A stretch of DNA of 64,000 nucleotides from Aeromicrobium sp. Lineage in GTDB: Bacteria; Bacteroidota; Bacteroidia; Flavobacteriales; Flavobacteriaceae. The stretch's first letter is position 1, and each line of letters begins with the position of its first letter. The translations under genes and the position numbers were made by a program. The notes below the pieces were generated by a model. It did no database searches, was not told the DNA's origin, and worked only from the letters and a program-made list of their open reading frames with translations. Shown piece after piece: positions 18,245 to 27,342 of this stretch. The stretch is from the NCBI GenBank assembly GCA_964219345.1, contig CAXPPN010000024.1, forward strand, positions 33,554-97,553, given 5' to 3'.

Positions 18245-19509
18245 TTGAGTAGATTTTTTAGGATTTCAACCATGCGAAAGACATCTTCAAATGAATTGTA
18301 AAAAGGAACAGGAGCACATCGAATCACATCGGGTTCTCTCCAGTCTGTAATCACATGGTTTTCAATGAGTTGTTTATGAAGTGTTTTGTCAGCATTTTTT
18401 ACTTGAATAGAGAGTTGACATCCACGTTCATTAGGGTTGCTTGGTGTGATGATATTAATGTGAGGGTGATTTATTTCGTTAATCAGAAACTCCAAATAAG
18501 CTGTAAGTTTTAAGGATTTTTGGCGTAATGCAGTCATGCCTACTTCATTAAACAAATCTAATGAGGCTTTAATTGCTGCCATTGATAGAATTGGAGGGTT
18601 ACTCAATTGCCAGCCCTCTGCTCCAGGTGTAATATCTAAAGGTTGTCGCATATTGAATCGGGTTGTTTTGTTTTGACTCCACCAGCCAGCAAAACGTTTT
18701 AATGTTTTATCATTCGCGTAGCGTTCGTGCACAAATATTCCGCCCAAACTTCCAGGGCCAGAATTTAGGTATTTATACGTACACCATGCCGCAAAATCTA
18801 CTCCAGAATCATGTAGTTCTGGTTGAATATTGCCTACACCGTGTGCTAAATCAATACCTACTTTACAACCCTTGGCATGGCCAAGTTTTGCAATTTCTTT
18901 TAAATTCAAGTATTGTCCTGTATAATAATTGACACCGCCAATCAGAAGAAGTGCAATCTCGTCGCCTTGTTCCTCAAGAATATGTTCTAAATCTTCAATT
19001 CTTAATAAAGTTTCACCTTTTCTAGGGTGCCATTCTACAAGACATTCATTGGCATCAAAACCATGAAATTCCAATTGTGTTTGTACGGCATATCGATCTG
19101 ATGGAAAAGCATCACTTTCAATTAATATTTTACAGCGTTTTGGTGTAGGATTATAAAATGAAACCATCAACAAGTGAAGATTTGTTGTGAGGGTATTCAT
19201 CACCACAACTTCAATGGGTTTTGCGCCCACAATTTTAGCCATACTTTCTGTAAGAAATTCATGATAGGGCATCCATGGATTTTTGGCTTCAAAATGACCT
19301 TCAACACCAAGTTTGGCCCAGTCGTTGAGCTCTTGATCTATGGCCAATTTTGTGGATTTTGGTTGCAGTCCAAGAGAATTTCCTGTAAAATACAACCAGT
19401 TTTTTCCATTATCTTCTTTTGGAATATGAAATGCATTTATGTATGATGCCAATGGATCATTTTGATCCATTTGCTGAGCAAATTCTAGATGTGATTTAAA
19501 TACCAGCAA
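18241..19509 (-). CDS. kynU: kynureninase
   Basis: YFTGNSLGLQP and CTYKYLNSGPG (PLP lysine) motifs. TTG start; the next in-frame ATG is 13 codons in. Confidence 0.9.
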   Translation of the reverse strand: MLVFKSHLEFAQQMDQNDPLASYINAFHIPKEDNGKNWLYFTGNSLGLQPKSTKLAIDQELNDWAKLGVEGHFEAKNPWMPYHEFLTESMAKIVGAKPIEVVVMNTLTTNLHLLMVSFYNPTPKRCKILIESDAFPSDRYAVQTQLEFHGFDANECLVEWHPRKGETLLRIEDLEHILEEQGDEIALLLIGGVNYYTGQYLNLKEIAKLGHAKGCKVGIDLAHGVGNIQPELHDSGVDFAAWCTYKYLNSGPGSLGGIFVHERYANDKTLKRFAGWWSQNKTTRFNMRQPLDITPGAEGWQLSNPPILSMAAIKASLDLFNEVGMTALRQKSLKLTAYLEFLINEINHPHINIITPSNPNERGCQLSIQVKNADKTLHKQLIENHVITDWREPDVIRCAPVPFYNSFEDVFRMVEILKNLLK

Positions 19510-19520
19510 GACAATTTGTT

Positions 19521-19539
19521 TTGAGTGTACTCAAATGTA
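19521..19539 (-). promoter_or_regulatory. Candidate kyn-operon promoter -7 box (TACATTTG) overlapping a 6-2-6 inverted repeat TTGAGT-GT-ACTCAA
   Basis: The minus-strand TAnnTTTG match (19539->19532) shares bases with the inverted repeat at 19521-19534. The repeat lies 12 nt upstream of the kynU start. Confidence 0.3.
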
Positions 19540-19582
19540 GGTAATTTTAGCCGATTATAAAATTGAGTTAGAGTTGTGAAAA

Positions 19583-20245
19583 TCAGTGGTTTTCTTTTAA
19601 TAAATGCGGAAATTTTGCTTTAAAACGTTTTAATCTTGGAATAGAAACATTACGAACATAAGGATTATTGGGGTGCAAGCGCTCATAGTTTTGGTGATAG
19701 TTTTCGGCTTTCCAAAATTTTTGAAATGGGTAAACCTCTGCGGCTACGGTTGTATTTTCTGTTTTTTCAATTTTTGCTATTTTCTTTAAGATAATTGCTT
19801 TTTGTTCTTGATTTTGATAAAAAATAATCGAACGATATTGCGAGCCTCTGTCTGGACCCTGACCATTAACTTGCGACACATTTTGAGAACCAAAATATAC
19901 ATCCACCAAAGTTGAAAAAGACACCACAGATGGATTGTAAAGAACTTCTACAGCTTCGGCATGACCAGTTCGGCCAGTATTGCTGAGTTCGTAGGTGGGG
20001 TTGTCGGTAAACCCACCCGCATAACCACTAATGGCTTCTTGAACACCATATACACTTTCGTAAACGGCTTCGACACACCAAAAACACCCACCGGCAAAAT
20101 AAGCCTTAGCAATGCTATTTTTTAGTGGAACTTCAATGGGCTTGGCATTGATAACCGCTTGTTGTTTGGTGTTTTGTGCGTTGTTGTTTTGACAACTTAC
20201 AGGACTACAAAAGAGTAGGGGAAGGAGTAAAAAGATGTTTTTCAT
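19583..20245 (-). CDS. msrA: peptide-methionine (S)-S-oxide reductase MsrA, with signal/lipoprotein-like leader
   Basis: GGCFWCVE active site. Start chosen at MKNIFLLLPLLFCSPVSC. Confidence 0.87.
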   Translation of the reverse strand: MKNIFLLLPLLFCSPVSCQNNNAQNTKQQAVINAKPIEVPLKNSIAKAYFAGGCFWCVEAVYESVYGVQEAISGYAGGFTDNPTYELSNTGRTGHAEAVEVLYNPSVVSFSTLVDVYFGSQNVSQVNGQGPDRGSQYRSIIFYQNQEQKAIILKKIAKIEKTENTTVAAEVYPFQKFWKAENYHQNYERLHPNNPYVRNVSIPRLKRFKAKFPHLLKENH

Positions 20246-20355
20246 GGTGCATATGTTTGGGGTAAAATTAAGCATCCACCAATGGTATTTTGTGAAATTT
20301 TGGTTAAAAATCTTATATATCGACGATTTTAATTGTTGCCAATAGTTTTTATCAG

Positions 20356-20562
20356 TTACAATTTTTCATTCAAGTCTTGTCTTCCAACAATAGCCATTAT
20401 TTCCACAATATTTTGATTGATTCTGTAGTAAATACTATCAACTCCACATGCACAACGCCGATATCCTTTTTTTATGTAATCTACAGATTCAAAGGAAAAA
20501 GGGCGTTTTGCAATAATGTCAAAATATTCAAAAAACGATTCGAAATAGTGATCCGCTAGTTT
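20356..20562 (-). pseudogene. 5'-truncated ParE/RelE-family toxin remnant
   Basis: 68-codon stop-to-stop frame with no start codon: KLADHYFESFFEYFDIIAKRPFSFESVDYIKKGYRRCACGVDSIYYRINQNIVEIMAIVGRQDLNEKL. The C-terminal pattern matches ParE/RelE toxins, and the first 25-30 residues or so are missing or out of frame. Confidence 0.5.
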
Positions 20563-20690
20563 TTACTTTGGTCTGAATTCGATATGTAGTATATGTATGA
20601 TTTAGGTCATTCATGTTTTTGAAGAATAGATTTGGGTGCTATTCACTTCAAATGTATAAAAATTTTTAAAGCAAAAAGAAGCATAGCACA

Positions 20691-20720
20691 AAAAAACCCT
20701 CACGTTTGGTGAGGGTTTTT
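20691..20720 (-). terminator. Rho-independent (bidirectional-type) terminator downstream of the COG1579-like gene
   Basis: AAAAAACCCTCAC-GTTTG-GTGAGGGTTTTT: a 7-bp GC-rich stem extendable by A/T pairs, with a T-run on the minus strand. It lies 20 nt after the stop at 20741. Confidence 0.7.
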
Positions 20721-20740
20721 GGTATGTGTAGGGTTATTTA

Positions 20741-21520
20741 TTACATAGTAGAAAATAACTTTTCCATTTTTACTTTTTGCTCTTCGGCTAATGTAGAATC
20801 GACCAAAATACGACCACTGTGTTCGTCTGTAATGATTTTTTTGCGAGAAGCAATTTCCATTTGTACTTGTGGTGGAATGGTAAAATATGAGCCTCCAGAA
20901 GCACCTCTTTCAATGGGTACAACGGCCAATCCGTTTTTAACATTACTACGGATTTTTGTGTATGCTTTTGCCAAACGGTCTTCAATTTTTGTTTTGTATT
21001 CTTCAGATTTTTCTAAAAGTACTTTTTCTTCTTTTTCAGTTTCTGCAAGAATAGCGTCCAAATCGCCTTTTTTGTGCTTTAGGTGTTCTTCACGTTCTTT
21101 TAAACGTTCTTTAGTGCCCTCAATCACTTCCTTTTTTTGTTCAATTTGAGCTTTAAATTCTTTGATGTGCTTTTCGGCCAATTGGATTTCTAGTTCTTGA
21201 AATTCAACTTCTTTTGCCAAAGAATTAAACTCTCTATTGTTGCGAACATTCTTTTGTTGTTCGTTGTATTTTTTGATGAGAACTTTTGATTCTTCAATAA
21301 GGTTTTTCTTCGCCTTAATCTGGTTATCAATATCTGTAAGACTATCTTCTAGTTTTTGAAGTCGTAGTTTGAATCCTTCAACTTCGTCTTCCAAATCGCG
21401 TACTTCAAGAGGTAATTCTCCTCGAACGTTACGGATTTCGTCTACTCTAGAGTCTATGAGTTGCAAATCGTACAGTGCTCTTAATCGTTCTTCAACAGTT
21501 AGCTCTTTTTTCTTAGCCAT
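20741..21520 (-). CDS. COG1579/DUF164-like coiled-coil protein (zinc-ribbon family, but cysteine-free)
   Basis: 259 aa, E/K-rich coiled coil, N-terminal RLRALYDLQLIDSRVDEI motif, and a conserved pairing with the upstream Nif3 gene. Confidence 0.65.
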   Translation of the reverse strand: MAKKKELTVEERLRALYDLQLIDSRVDEIRNVRGELPLEVRDLEDEVEGFKLRLQKLEDSLTDIDNQIKAKKNLIEESKVLIKKYNEQQKNVRNNREFNSLAKEVEFQELEIQLAEKHIKEFKAQIEQKKEVIEGTKERLKEREEHLKHKKGDLDAILAETEKEEKVLLEKSEEYKTKIEDRLAKAYTKIRSNVKNGLAVVPIERGASGGSYFTIPPQVQMEIASRKKIITDEHSGRILVDSTLAEEQKVKMEKLFSTM

Positions 21521-21522
21521 GT

Positions 21523-22617
21523 TTATTTATACTTTACCGGGTTTGTATTGATCTTTGATAAAAGGACTGCAAAATTAGGAATTTTTTTTGTAAGATAGGT
21601 CGCTAAAAGATTTTTTGTGTATTGTTCGCTCTCATAATGGCCTATATCCATCAATAAAATCTGGTTTTCTGCAGCAAAAAAATCATGATATTTCAGATCA
21701 GAAGTTACAAAAGCATCTGCTCCAGCAGCTTTTGCTGCAGCGATAGCAAAACTCCCCGATCCACCCAAAACAGCAACCTTTTTGATGTTTTTATTTAATA
21801 GTTTTGAATGTCTAATGACGCTACTCTTCATTTTTTCTTTAACGTATTCCAAAAAAGCATTCTCCTCCATTGGGGTTTCTAAAGTGCCTATCATTCCCAT
21901 TCCAATGTGTTGATTTTTGTTTTCCAAAGTCGAGATCTCATAAGCAACCTCTTCATAGGGGTGTGTTTGAAATAGATTGTTTAGAATATTAGACTCCAAA
22001 TGTTTGGCAAAAACAATATCTAATTTTATTTCTCCTAACTGCTTAAATTCGTGTGGTTTTCCAATGACAGGGTTGGAGACTTCGTTGCCTTTAAACGTAC
22101 CAATACCCTCACTACTAAAACTACAATTTTCGTAATTTCCAATGGCACCACCACCAGCTTCAAAAAGTGCTTTTTGGACAGCTTCTATGTCTGATTTTGG
22201 AACAAAAGTAGTTAGTTTTTTGATGGTTCCAGATTGTGGCATCAAAATGGATTTATTTTTTAATTCTAATCTGTTGCAGAGTTCTGCATTGACACCATCA
22301 TATGCATTATCCAAAGCGGTATGTATGGCAAAAATAGTAATGTCATTTTTGATGGCTTTTTGTACCACACGCTCTACATAAGAATTGCCTGTAATGGATT
22401 TTAACCCTTTGAAAATAATAGGATGAAAACTAATAATCAAATTACAGTCCTCTGCGATGGCTTCCTCTACAACTTCTGGAAGTGTATCCAACGTGATTAA
22501 TACGCCAGTAACTTTAGCATTATTATCGCCAACCAAAAGGCCAACGTTATCAAATTCTTCGGCATAGGTCAAGGGTGCAAGTTCTTCGAGCTGATTGATG
22601 ATGTCTTGAACTATCAT
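21523..22617 (-). CDS. Nif3-like dinuclear metal center protein (GTP cyclohydrolase 1 type 2 homolog)
   Basis: 364 aa with N-terminal AEEFDNVGLLVG and C-terminal HYESE motifs plus the inserted PII-like domain. Confidence 0.83.
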   Translation of the reverse strand: MIVQDIINQLEELAPLTYAEEFDNVGLLVGDNNAKVTGVLITLDTLPEVVEEAIAEDCNLIISFHPIIFKGLKSITGNSYVERVVQKAIKNDITIFAIHTALDNAYDGVNAELCNRLELKNKSILMPQSGTIKKLTTFVPKSDIEAVQKALFEAGGGAIGNYENCSFSSEGIGTFKGNEVSNPVIGKPHEFKQLGEIKLDIVFAKHLESNILNNLFQTHPYEEVAYEISTLENKNQHIGMGMIGTLETPMEENAFLEYVKEKMKSSVIRHSKLLNKNIKKVAVLGGSGSFAIAAAKAAGADAFVTSDLKYHDFFAAENQILLMDIGHYESEQYTKNLLATYLTKKIPNFAVLLSKINTNPVKYK

Positions 22618-22662
22618 AAGATTTTGTTTAACATCAAAGATAAAATAATTACTTTCGTTGTG

Positions 22663-23667
22663 ATGAAGCTTTTAAGAAAAATATTATTTCCACTCAATCC
22701 ACTGTATTATAGTGTTGTTTTTCTTCGCAATAAATGTTTTGATTTTGGAATTTTTAAATCAAAATCATATAAAACTTCCATTATTTGTGTAGGAAATCTT
22801 TCTGTGGGTGGAACTGGAAAAACTCCCATGATTGAAACCCTGATTCAACTGCTTCAAAAGGATTATAATGTTGCGGTTTTAAGTCGTGGTTATGGCCGAC
22901 AATCTAAAGGATTTGTATTGGCCAAGAACACTTCTATAGCAAAAATTTTGGGAGATGAGCCTTATCAAATTGCACAAAAATTTCCAAATGTCACTGTCGC
23001 TGTTGACGCAAATCGTCAGCGAGGAATAGATTGCCTTTTACACCTCAATTTGCCACCAGATGTTATTTTGCTTGATGATGCTTTTCAGCATAGAAAAGTA
23101 AAACCAGGACTATCAATTTTATTGACAGCTTATGATAATTTATTTTGTGATGATAGTGTTTTGCCCTCTGGAAATCTTCGTGAACCACGATTTGGAGCAC
23201 AACGCGCTCAGGTCGTTATTGTTACGAAATCTCCAAATGATTTAAATTCAATTGAAAAAGCAAATATAGCAGAACGATTAGCGCTTCACCCAAATCAAAA
23301 ATTGTTTTTTAGCTCTATTGTTTATTCAAATGAAATTGTATCAAAAACAGATTTAATTCTTTTGGAAGAATTAAAAACCAAAAATTTTACATTAGTTACT
23401 GGAATTGCCAATGCCAAGCCTTTGGTTACTTATTTAAAACGTCTAAACCTTAATTTTGAACATCTTGAATATGATGATCATCATGAGTTTTCAGAGAAAG
23501 AATTAAAAGAAATTAGTTCAAAATCTTTTGTACTCACTACAGAAAAAGATTTTTCAAGACTCCAATCATTGCAACATAAAGCGCTGTATTATTTACCTAT
23601 CACAACACAAGTTTATGATATGAGTACATTAGAAAAAATAGTAAAGGATTTTATTAAAAATTCTTGA
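22663..23667 (+). CDS. lpxK: tetraacyldisaccharide 4'-kinase
   Basis: P-loop GNLSVGGTGKTP and DDAFQH. Start moved to the ATG at MKLLRKILFPL. Confidence 0.87.
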   Translation: MKLLRKILFPLNPLYYSVVFLRNKCFDFGIFKSKSYKTSIICVGNLSVGGTGKTPMIETLIQLLQKDYNVAVLSRGYGRQSKGFVLAKNTSIAKILGDEPYQIAQKFPNVTVAVDANRQRGIDCLLHLNLPPDVILLDDAFQHRKVKPGLSILLTAYDNLFCDDSVLPSGNLREPRFGAQRAQVVIVTKSPNDLNSIEKANIAERLALHPNQKLFFSSIVYSNEIVSKTDLILLEELKTKNFTLVTGIANAKPLVTYLKRLNLNFEHLEYDDHHEFSEKELKEISSKSFVLTTEKDFSRLQSLQHKALYYLPITTQVYDMSTLEKIVKDFIKNS

Positions 23668-24657
23668 TTAGTTCAGTGTTCTAATCAAGTCAATAATTCT
23701 AGAAGAATAACCAGTCTCGTTGTCGTACCAGCCAATAATTTTAACCATTTTTCCCAAAACAGAAGTCATTTGTGCATCAAAAATACAGGAGTGAGGATTG
23801 CCTATTACATCGATTGACACGATAGGGTCTGTTGTGTATTCCAAAATTCCTTTGAAATTTGTTTGAGCTGCTTTTTCAAAAGTGTTATTTATTTCTTCAA
23901 CAGTCGTCTCTTTTTTGACATTAAAAGTAATGTCTGTAAGAGATCCATTTATGACAGGAACACGAATCCCACAACCTCCAATGGTATGAGCAAGTTCAGG
24001 GAAAATTTTAGTCAAGGCTTTTGCAGCACCTGTTGTTGTTGGTACAATGGATTGCCCAGCTGCTCGTGCACGTCTTAAATCTTGATGGGGTTGGTCGTGC
24101 AAACTTTGATCTGTGGTGTACGAATGTACCGTAGTAATATAGGCCTGATCTATACCACACAAATCATTAATTACCGCTAGCATGGGCGCAGCATTATTGG
24201 TTGTACAAGAGGCATTTGAAAGGATATGGTCATCTTTAGTAATAATGTGTTCGTTTACGCCTAGTACAATGGTTTTGATATCGGTTTCCGTTGGTGGAAC
24301 ACTCAAAATTACTTTTTTAGCACCGTTCTTTATGTGGTACTCTAAATCTGTTTTTGTTTTGAATTTACCTGTGGCTTCTACAACAACATCAACCTTATGA
24401 TTTGTCCAATCAATTGATTTTGGATGATTTTTATTTGAAAGCGCAATCGTTAAATTATTGATAATAATATGTTCTTCGTTATCTGAAACCCTTGCATCGA
24501 GTTTTCCGTGAATACTATCATATTTGAGCAAATGGGCCAATGTTTTGGCATCTGCCAAATCATTTATAGCGACGACTTGAATGTCGTTATGTTCAAGAAG
24601 TAAACGAAATACACGTCTTCCGATACGTCCAAATCCGTTGATTCCAACCCGAATCAT
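23668..24657 (-). CDS. gap: type I glyceraldehyde-3-phosphate dehydrogenase
   Basis: INGFGRIGR and SNASCTTN motifs. Confidence 0.93.
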   Translation of the reverse strand: MIRVGINGFGRIGRRVFRLLLEHNDIQVVAINDLADAKTLAHLLKYDSIHGKLDARVSDNEEHIIINNLTIALSNKNHPKSIDWTNHKVDVVVEATGKFKTKTDLEYHIKNGAKKVILSVPPTETDIKTIVLGVNEHIITKDDHILSNASCTTNNAAPMLAVINDLCGIDQAYITTVHSYTTDQSLHDQPHQDLRRARAAGQSIVPTTTGAAKALTKIFPELAHTIGGCGIRVPVINGSLTDITFNVKKETTVEEINNTFEKAAQTNFKGILEYTTDPIVSIDVIGNPHSCIFDAQMTSVLGKMVKIIGWYDNETGYSSRIIDLIRTLN

Positions 24658-25533
24658 TTAATTAATATGTTTTTGTGCTTTGTATGAAGATCTCACAAGC
24701 GCACTACTTTCTACATGACGGAATCCTAAATCCAACCCAATTTCTTCATATTCCTTGAATTGATCTGGAGTGATAAATTCTTTTACTGGAAGATGTTTTT
24801 TGCTAGGTTGAAGGTATTGACCAATAGTCACAACATCAACATTTACTTTTTTTAAGTCATGTAGAGTTTCTATCACTTCCTCACGAGTTTCCCCAAGTCC
24901 AAGCATAATACCTGTTTTTGTGCGGCGTTGTCCTTGATTTTTCAAATAATTTAGTACTTCTAAACTTTGGTCATATTTGGCTTGGATACGTACCGCTCTT
25001 GTTAGTCGACGAACAGTTTCCATATTGTGTGAAACGACTTCTGGCGCAACATCAATAATACGGTCTATATGCTTTTCAATACCTTGAAAATCAGGGATTA
25101 AGGTTTCCAATGTTGTATTTGGGTTCATACGGCGAACAGCCTTTACAGTTTCTGCCCACATAATGCTTCCCATGTCTTTTAAATCATCTCGATCTACACT
25201 GGTAAGTACAGCATGCTTGATGCCCATAATTTTTATTGAGCGCGCCACTTTTTCAGGTTCATCCCAATCTACAGATTCTGGACGCCCTGTTTTTACCCCA
25301 CAAAATCCACACGATCGTGTACAAATATTTCCAAGAATCATAAAGGTTGCCGTACCTTCACCCCAACATTCTCCCATATTTGGACAGCTGCCAGAAGTAC
25401 AAATCGTATTGAGTTTGTATTTGTCAACAAGTCCTCGAAGTTCGGTGTATTTTTTACCAGTAGGTAATTTTACACGTAGCCATTTTGGTTTTGCTTGACG
25501 TTCTTGTGGTTTTGTAAGTGTGTCTGTGGACAT
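24658..25533 (-). CDS. lipA: lipoyl synthase
   Basis: Radical-SAM CTRSCGFC plus the N-terminal cluster [11 protein letters not shown]. Confidence 0.95.
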   Translation of the reverse strand: MSTDTLTKPQERQAKPKWLRVKLPTGKKYTELRGLVDKYKLNTICTSGSCPNMGECWGEGTATFMILGNICTRSCGFCGVKTGRPESVDWDEPEKVARSIKIMGIKHAVLTSVDRDDLKDMGSIMWAETVKAVRRMNPNTTLETLIPDFQGIEKHIDRIIDVAPEVVSHNMETVRRLTRAVRIQAKYDQSLEVLNYLKNQGQRRTKTGIMLGLGETREEVIETLHDLKKVNVDVVTIGQYLQPSKKHLPVKEFITPDQFKEYEEIGLDLGFRHVESSALVRSSYKAQKHIN

Positions 25534-25579
25534 GCTTTTAATTTGAACAGCAAAGATACAAAGTATTCCATAAAAAAAA

Positions 25580-26794
25580 TCACAAAATACTAAGATACCA
25601 AATGTTAAATCCTATCAGAAATAGAATTCCAAGAATACTCAACAAATGCATTACTTTTGAGGGTTTCCAAGGCTTTGGTGTGTGTTTACTACATATGAGA
25701 ATATAATTCATTATGGCATAAAAGGGTGCTGTAAGAAATGATAAAATGGTGGCAATTTTTATTAAAGTCCCCATTTCTGATAAAAAGAAAATGAAAATGA
25801 AAATTGTTCCAATAATAAGTAAAATCAACCAGGAGGTATAGCCATTTTTAAGAGGTTTTTCTAAGATCAATTCCATAGTTTTATTCATGGCTCTTGGCGA
25901 AGCGTCTAGAGTGGTTAGAGTCGTACTAAACATGGTTGTAAGTGCTGCAAGACCTATAATAATATAGCTCCAATCCCCTAAGTTTTGAGTATACATTTGG
26001 ATGAGTTGAATAGAAAATTCACTACCATTGTTACTGAATGTTTTTCCTGTTCCAAACATTACAAGTCCGCCAAGCATCAAAAAACCAATTCCCAAAACAA
26101 TAGTGCCCAAATAACCAATATTAAAATCCATTAGCGCAGTTTTTGGACTAAATACTTTTAGTTCTTTTCTCTTTTGAATGGCCCAAAGCGAGTGCCAAAT
26201 CGAAACATCAAGTGGTGCTGGCATCCACCCCATAAATGCAATGAGAAAAATGATTTCAGCGTCAGTTTTTGGAAGTATTTGTGTCCAATTAGAATTAGCC
26301 TCAGAATTGTAAAATACAGTAATAACAGCAAAAAGTGTAGAAACACTCAGGATGATAATTATAATTTTCATCATTTTATCCAATAATGCATATTTACCAA
26401 CCAAAAGGAGTCCAAAGCATATGGATAAAATAATGATGGTCCAAATCTCCATACTAATATGAGCACCAAAAAGCGATGAGGCTATCCCTGCAGTAACAAT
26501 GGTGACTGCAGTTTGGATGGTAAACATGGTAGCAAACGTTAGTAGGGCGTAGACTTTAAGTACATTTTTTCCTAATTTTTTGTAGCCATCAAGAAGGCTC
26601 TCACCGGTTGCTGTTGCATATCGAGGGCCAAATTGAAAAAAGGGATATTTGATGAGGTTGATTAAAAGCAATGCCCATAGCAATCCAAATCCAAAATTAG
26701 CACCAGCTTTTGTAGATTGTACCAAATGTGATACGCCAATGGCTGCACCAGCAAACAAAAGTCCAGGGCCTAGTTTTTGTAAGAACTTTATCAT
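25580..26794 (-). CDS. Nramp-family divalent metal cation transporter
   Basis: 404-aa polytopic protein with an N-terminal [20 protein letters not shown] motif. ATGA overlap with the sigma factor stop. Confidence 0.78.
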   Translation of the reverse strand: MIKFLQKLGPGLLFAGAAIGVSHLVQSTKAGANFGFGLLWALLLINLIKYPFFQFGPRYATATGESLLDGYKKLGKNVLKVYALLTFATMFTIQTAVTIVTAGIASSLFGAHISMEIWTIIILSICFGLLLVGKYALLDKMMKIIIIILSVSTLFAVITVFYNSEANSNWTQILPKTDAEIIFLIAFMGWMPAPLDVSIWHSLWAIQKRKELKVFSPKTALMDFNIGYLGTIVLGIGFLMLGGLVMFGTGKTFSNNGSEFSIQLIQMYTQNLGDWSYIIIGLAALTTMFSTTLTTLDASPRAMNKTMELILEKPLKNGYTSWLILLIIGTIFIFIFFLSEMGTLIKIATILSFLTAPFYAIMNYILICSKHTPKPWKPSKVMHLLSILGILFLIGFNIWYLSIL

Positions 26795-27342
26795 GTTTTG
26801 GAACGAATAATACAGGCTAAAAGTTTTCTAGCTCGAAGCAGTTTTACCTTAACATTGTTAATGGGGATATTGATTGTTTTTGCTATTTCTTGGTAACTTT
26901 GTTCTTGAAAATAGCGCAATTGAATAATCTCTTGATGATGTGGTTTTAGCTTTTTAATATCTTTTAGAAGTTCTGCCAAATTTTGTTCTGTAATGAGTTT
27001 ATCTTCAGCAGATGGGGCATCATCTTGAATCCAATACACACGATTTTCATCTTCTTCTGTCGTTTGATTTGTAAGTGTGTTTTTTTGTTTTCTTAAACTG
27101 TCTAAATGTGTATTTTTTGCAATGGTAATCAACCAAGTTTTAAATTTGAATTTTGGATCAAAAGAATTGATTTTATCAAAAGCTTTAAAAAAAGTTTCAA
27201 TGGTAATGTCTTCTGCATCATTTTCGTTTTGGGTACGTATGAGCATAAATCCAAAAACATCATTCCAAAAGGTTTCCAATAAAAAATTGAAGGCCATTTG
27301 GTTATTTTCTTTGGCTTTTATGATGGCTTCGCTCAGTTCCAA
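26791..27342 (-). CDS. ECF-type RNA polymerase sigma-70 factor
   Basis: 183 aa with region 2 (DAEDITIETFFKAF...FKTWLITIAKN) and region 4 (SYQEIAKTINIPINNVKVKLLRARKLL). TTG start. Confidence 0.85.
   Translation of the reverse strand: MELSEAIIKAKENNQMAFNFLLETFWNDVFGFMLIRTQNENDAEDITIETFFKAFDKINSFDPKFKFKTWLITIAKNTHLDSLRKQKNTLTNQTTEEDENRVYWIQDDAPSAEDKLITEQNLAELLKDIKKLKPHHQEIIQLRYFQEQSYQEIAKTINIPINNVKVKLLRARKLLACIIRSKT

Noticed and set aside
17775-18248. 157-aa + strand ORF antisense to kmo. Similar long antisense ORFs occur at 20706-21149 (antisense to the coiled-coil gene), 25163-25498 (lipA), 43221-43625 (SulP), 14276-14617 (SDR) and 35427-35750 (psd).
   Set aside because: Each lies fully inside a well-supported gene on the opposite strand. 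Their composition is low-complexity (S/F/L/K-rich), as expected from reading AT-rich or E/K-rich genes backwards. No start context or recognisable domains.
20377-20559. 60-aa + strand ORF in the msrA/Nif3 intergenic gap.
   Set aside because: The opposite strand over the same bases gives a far more protein-like ParE/RelE toxin C-terminus, so the + ORF is best explained as its antisense shadow.
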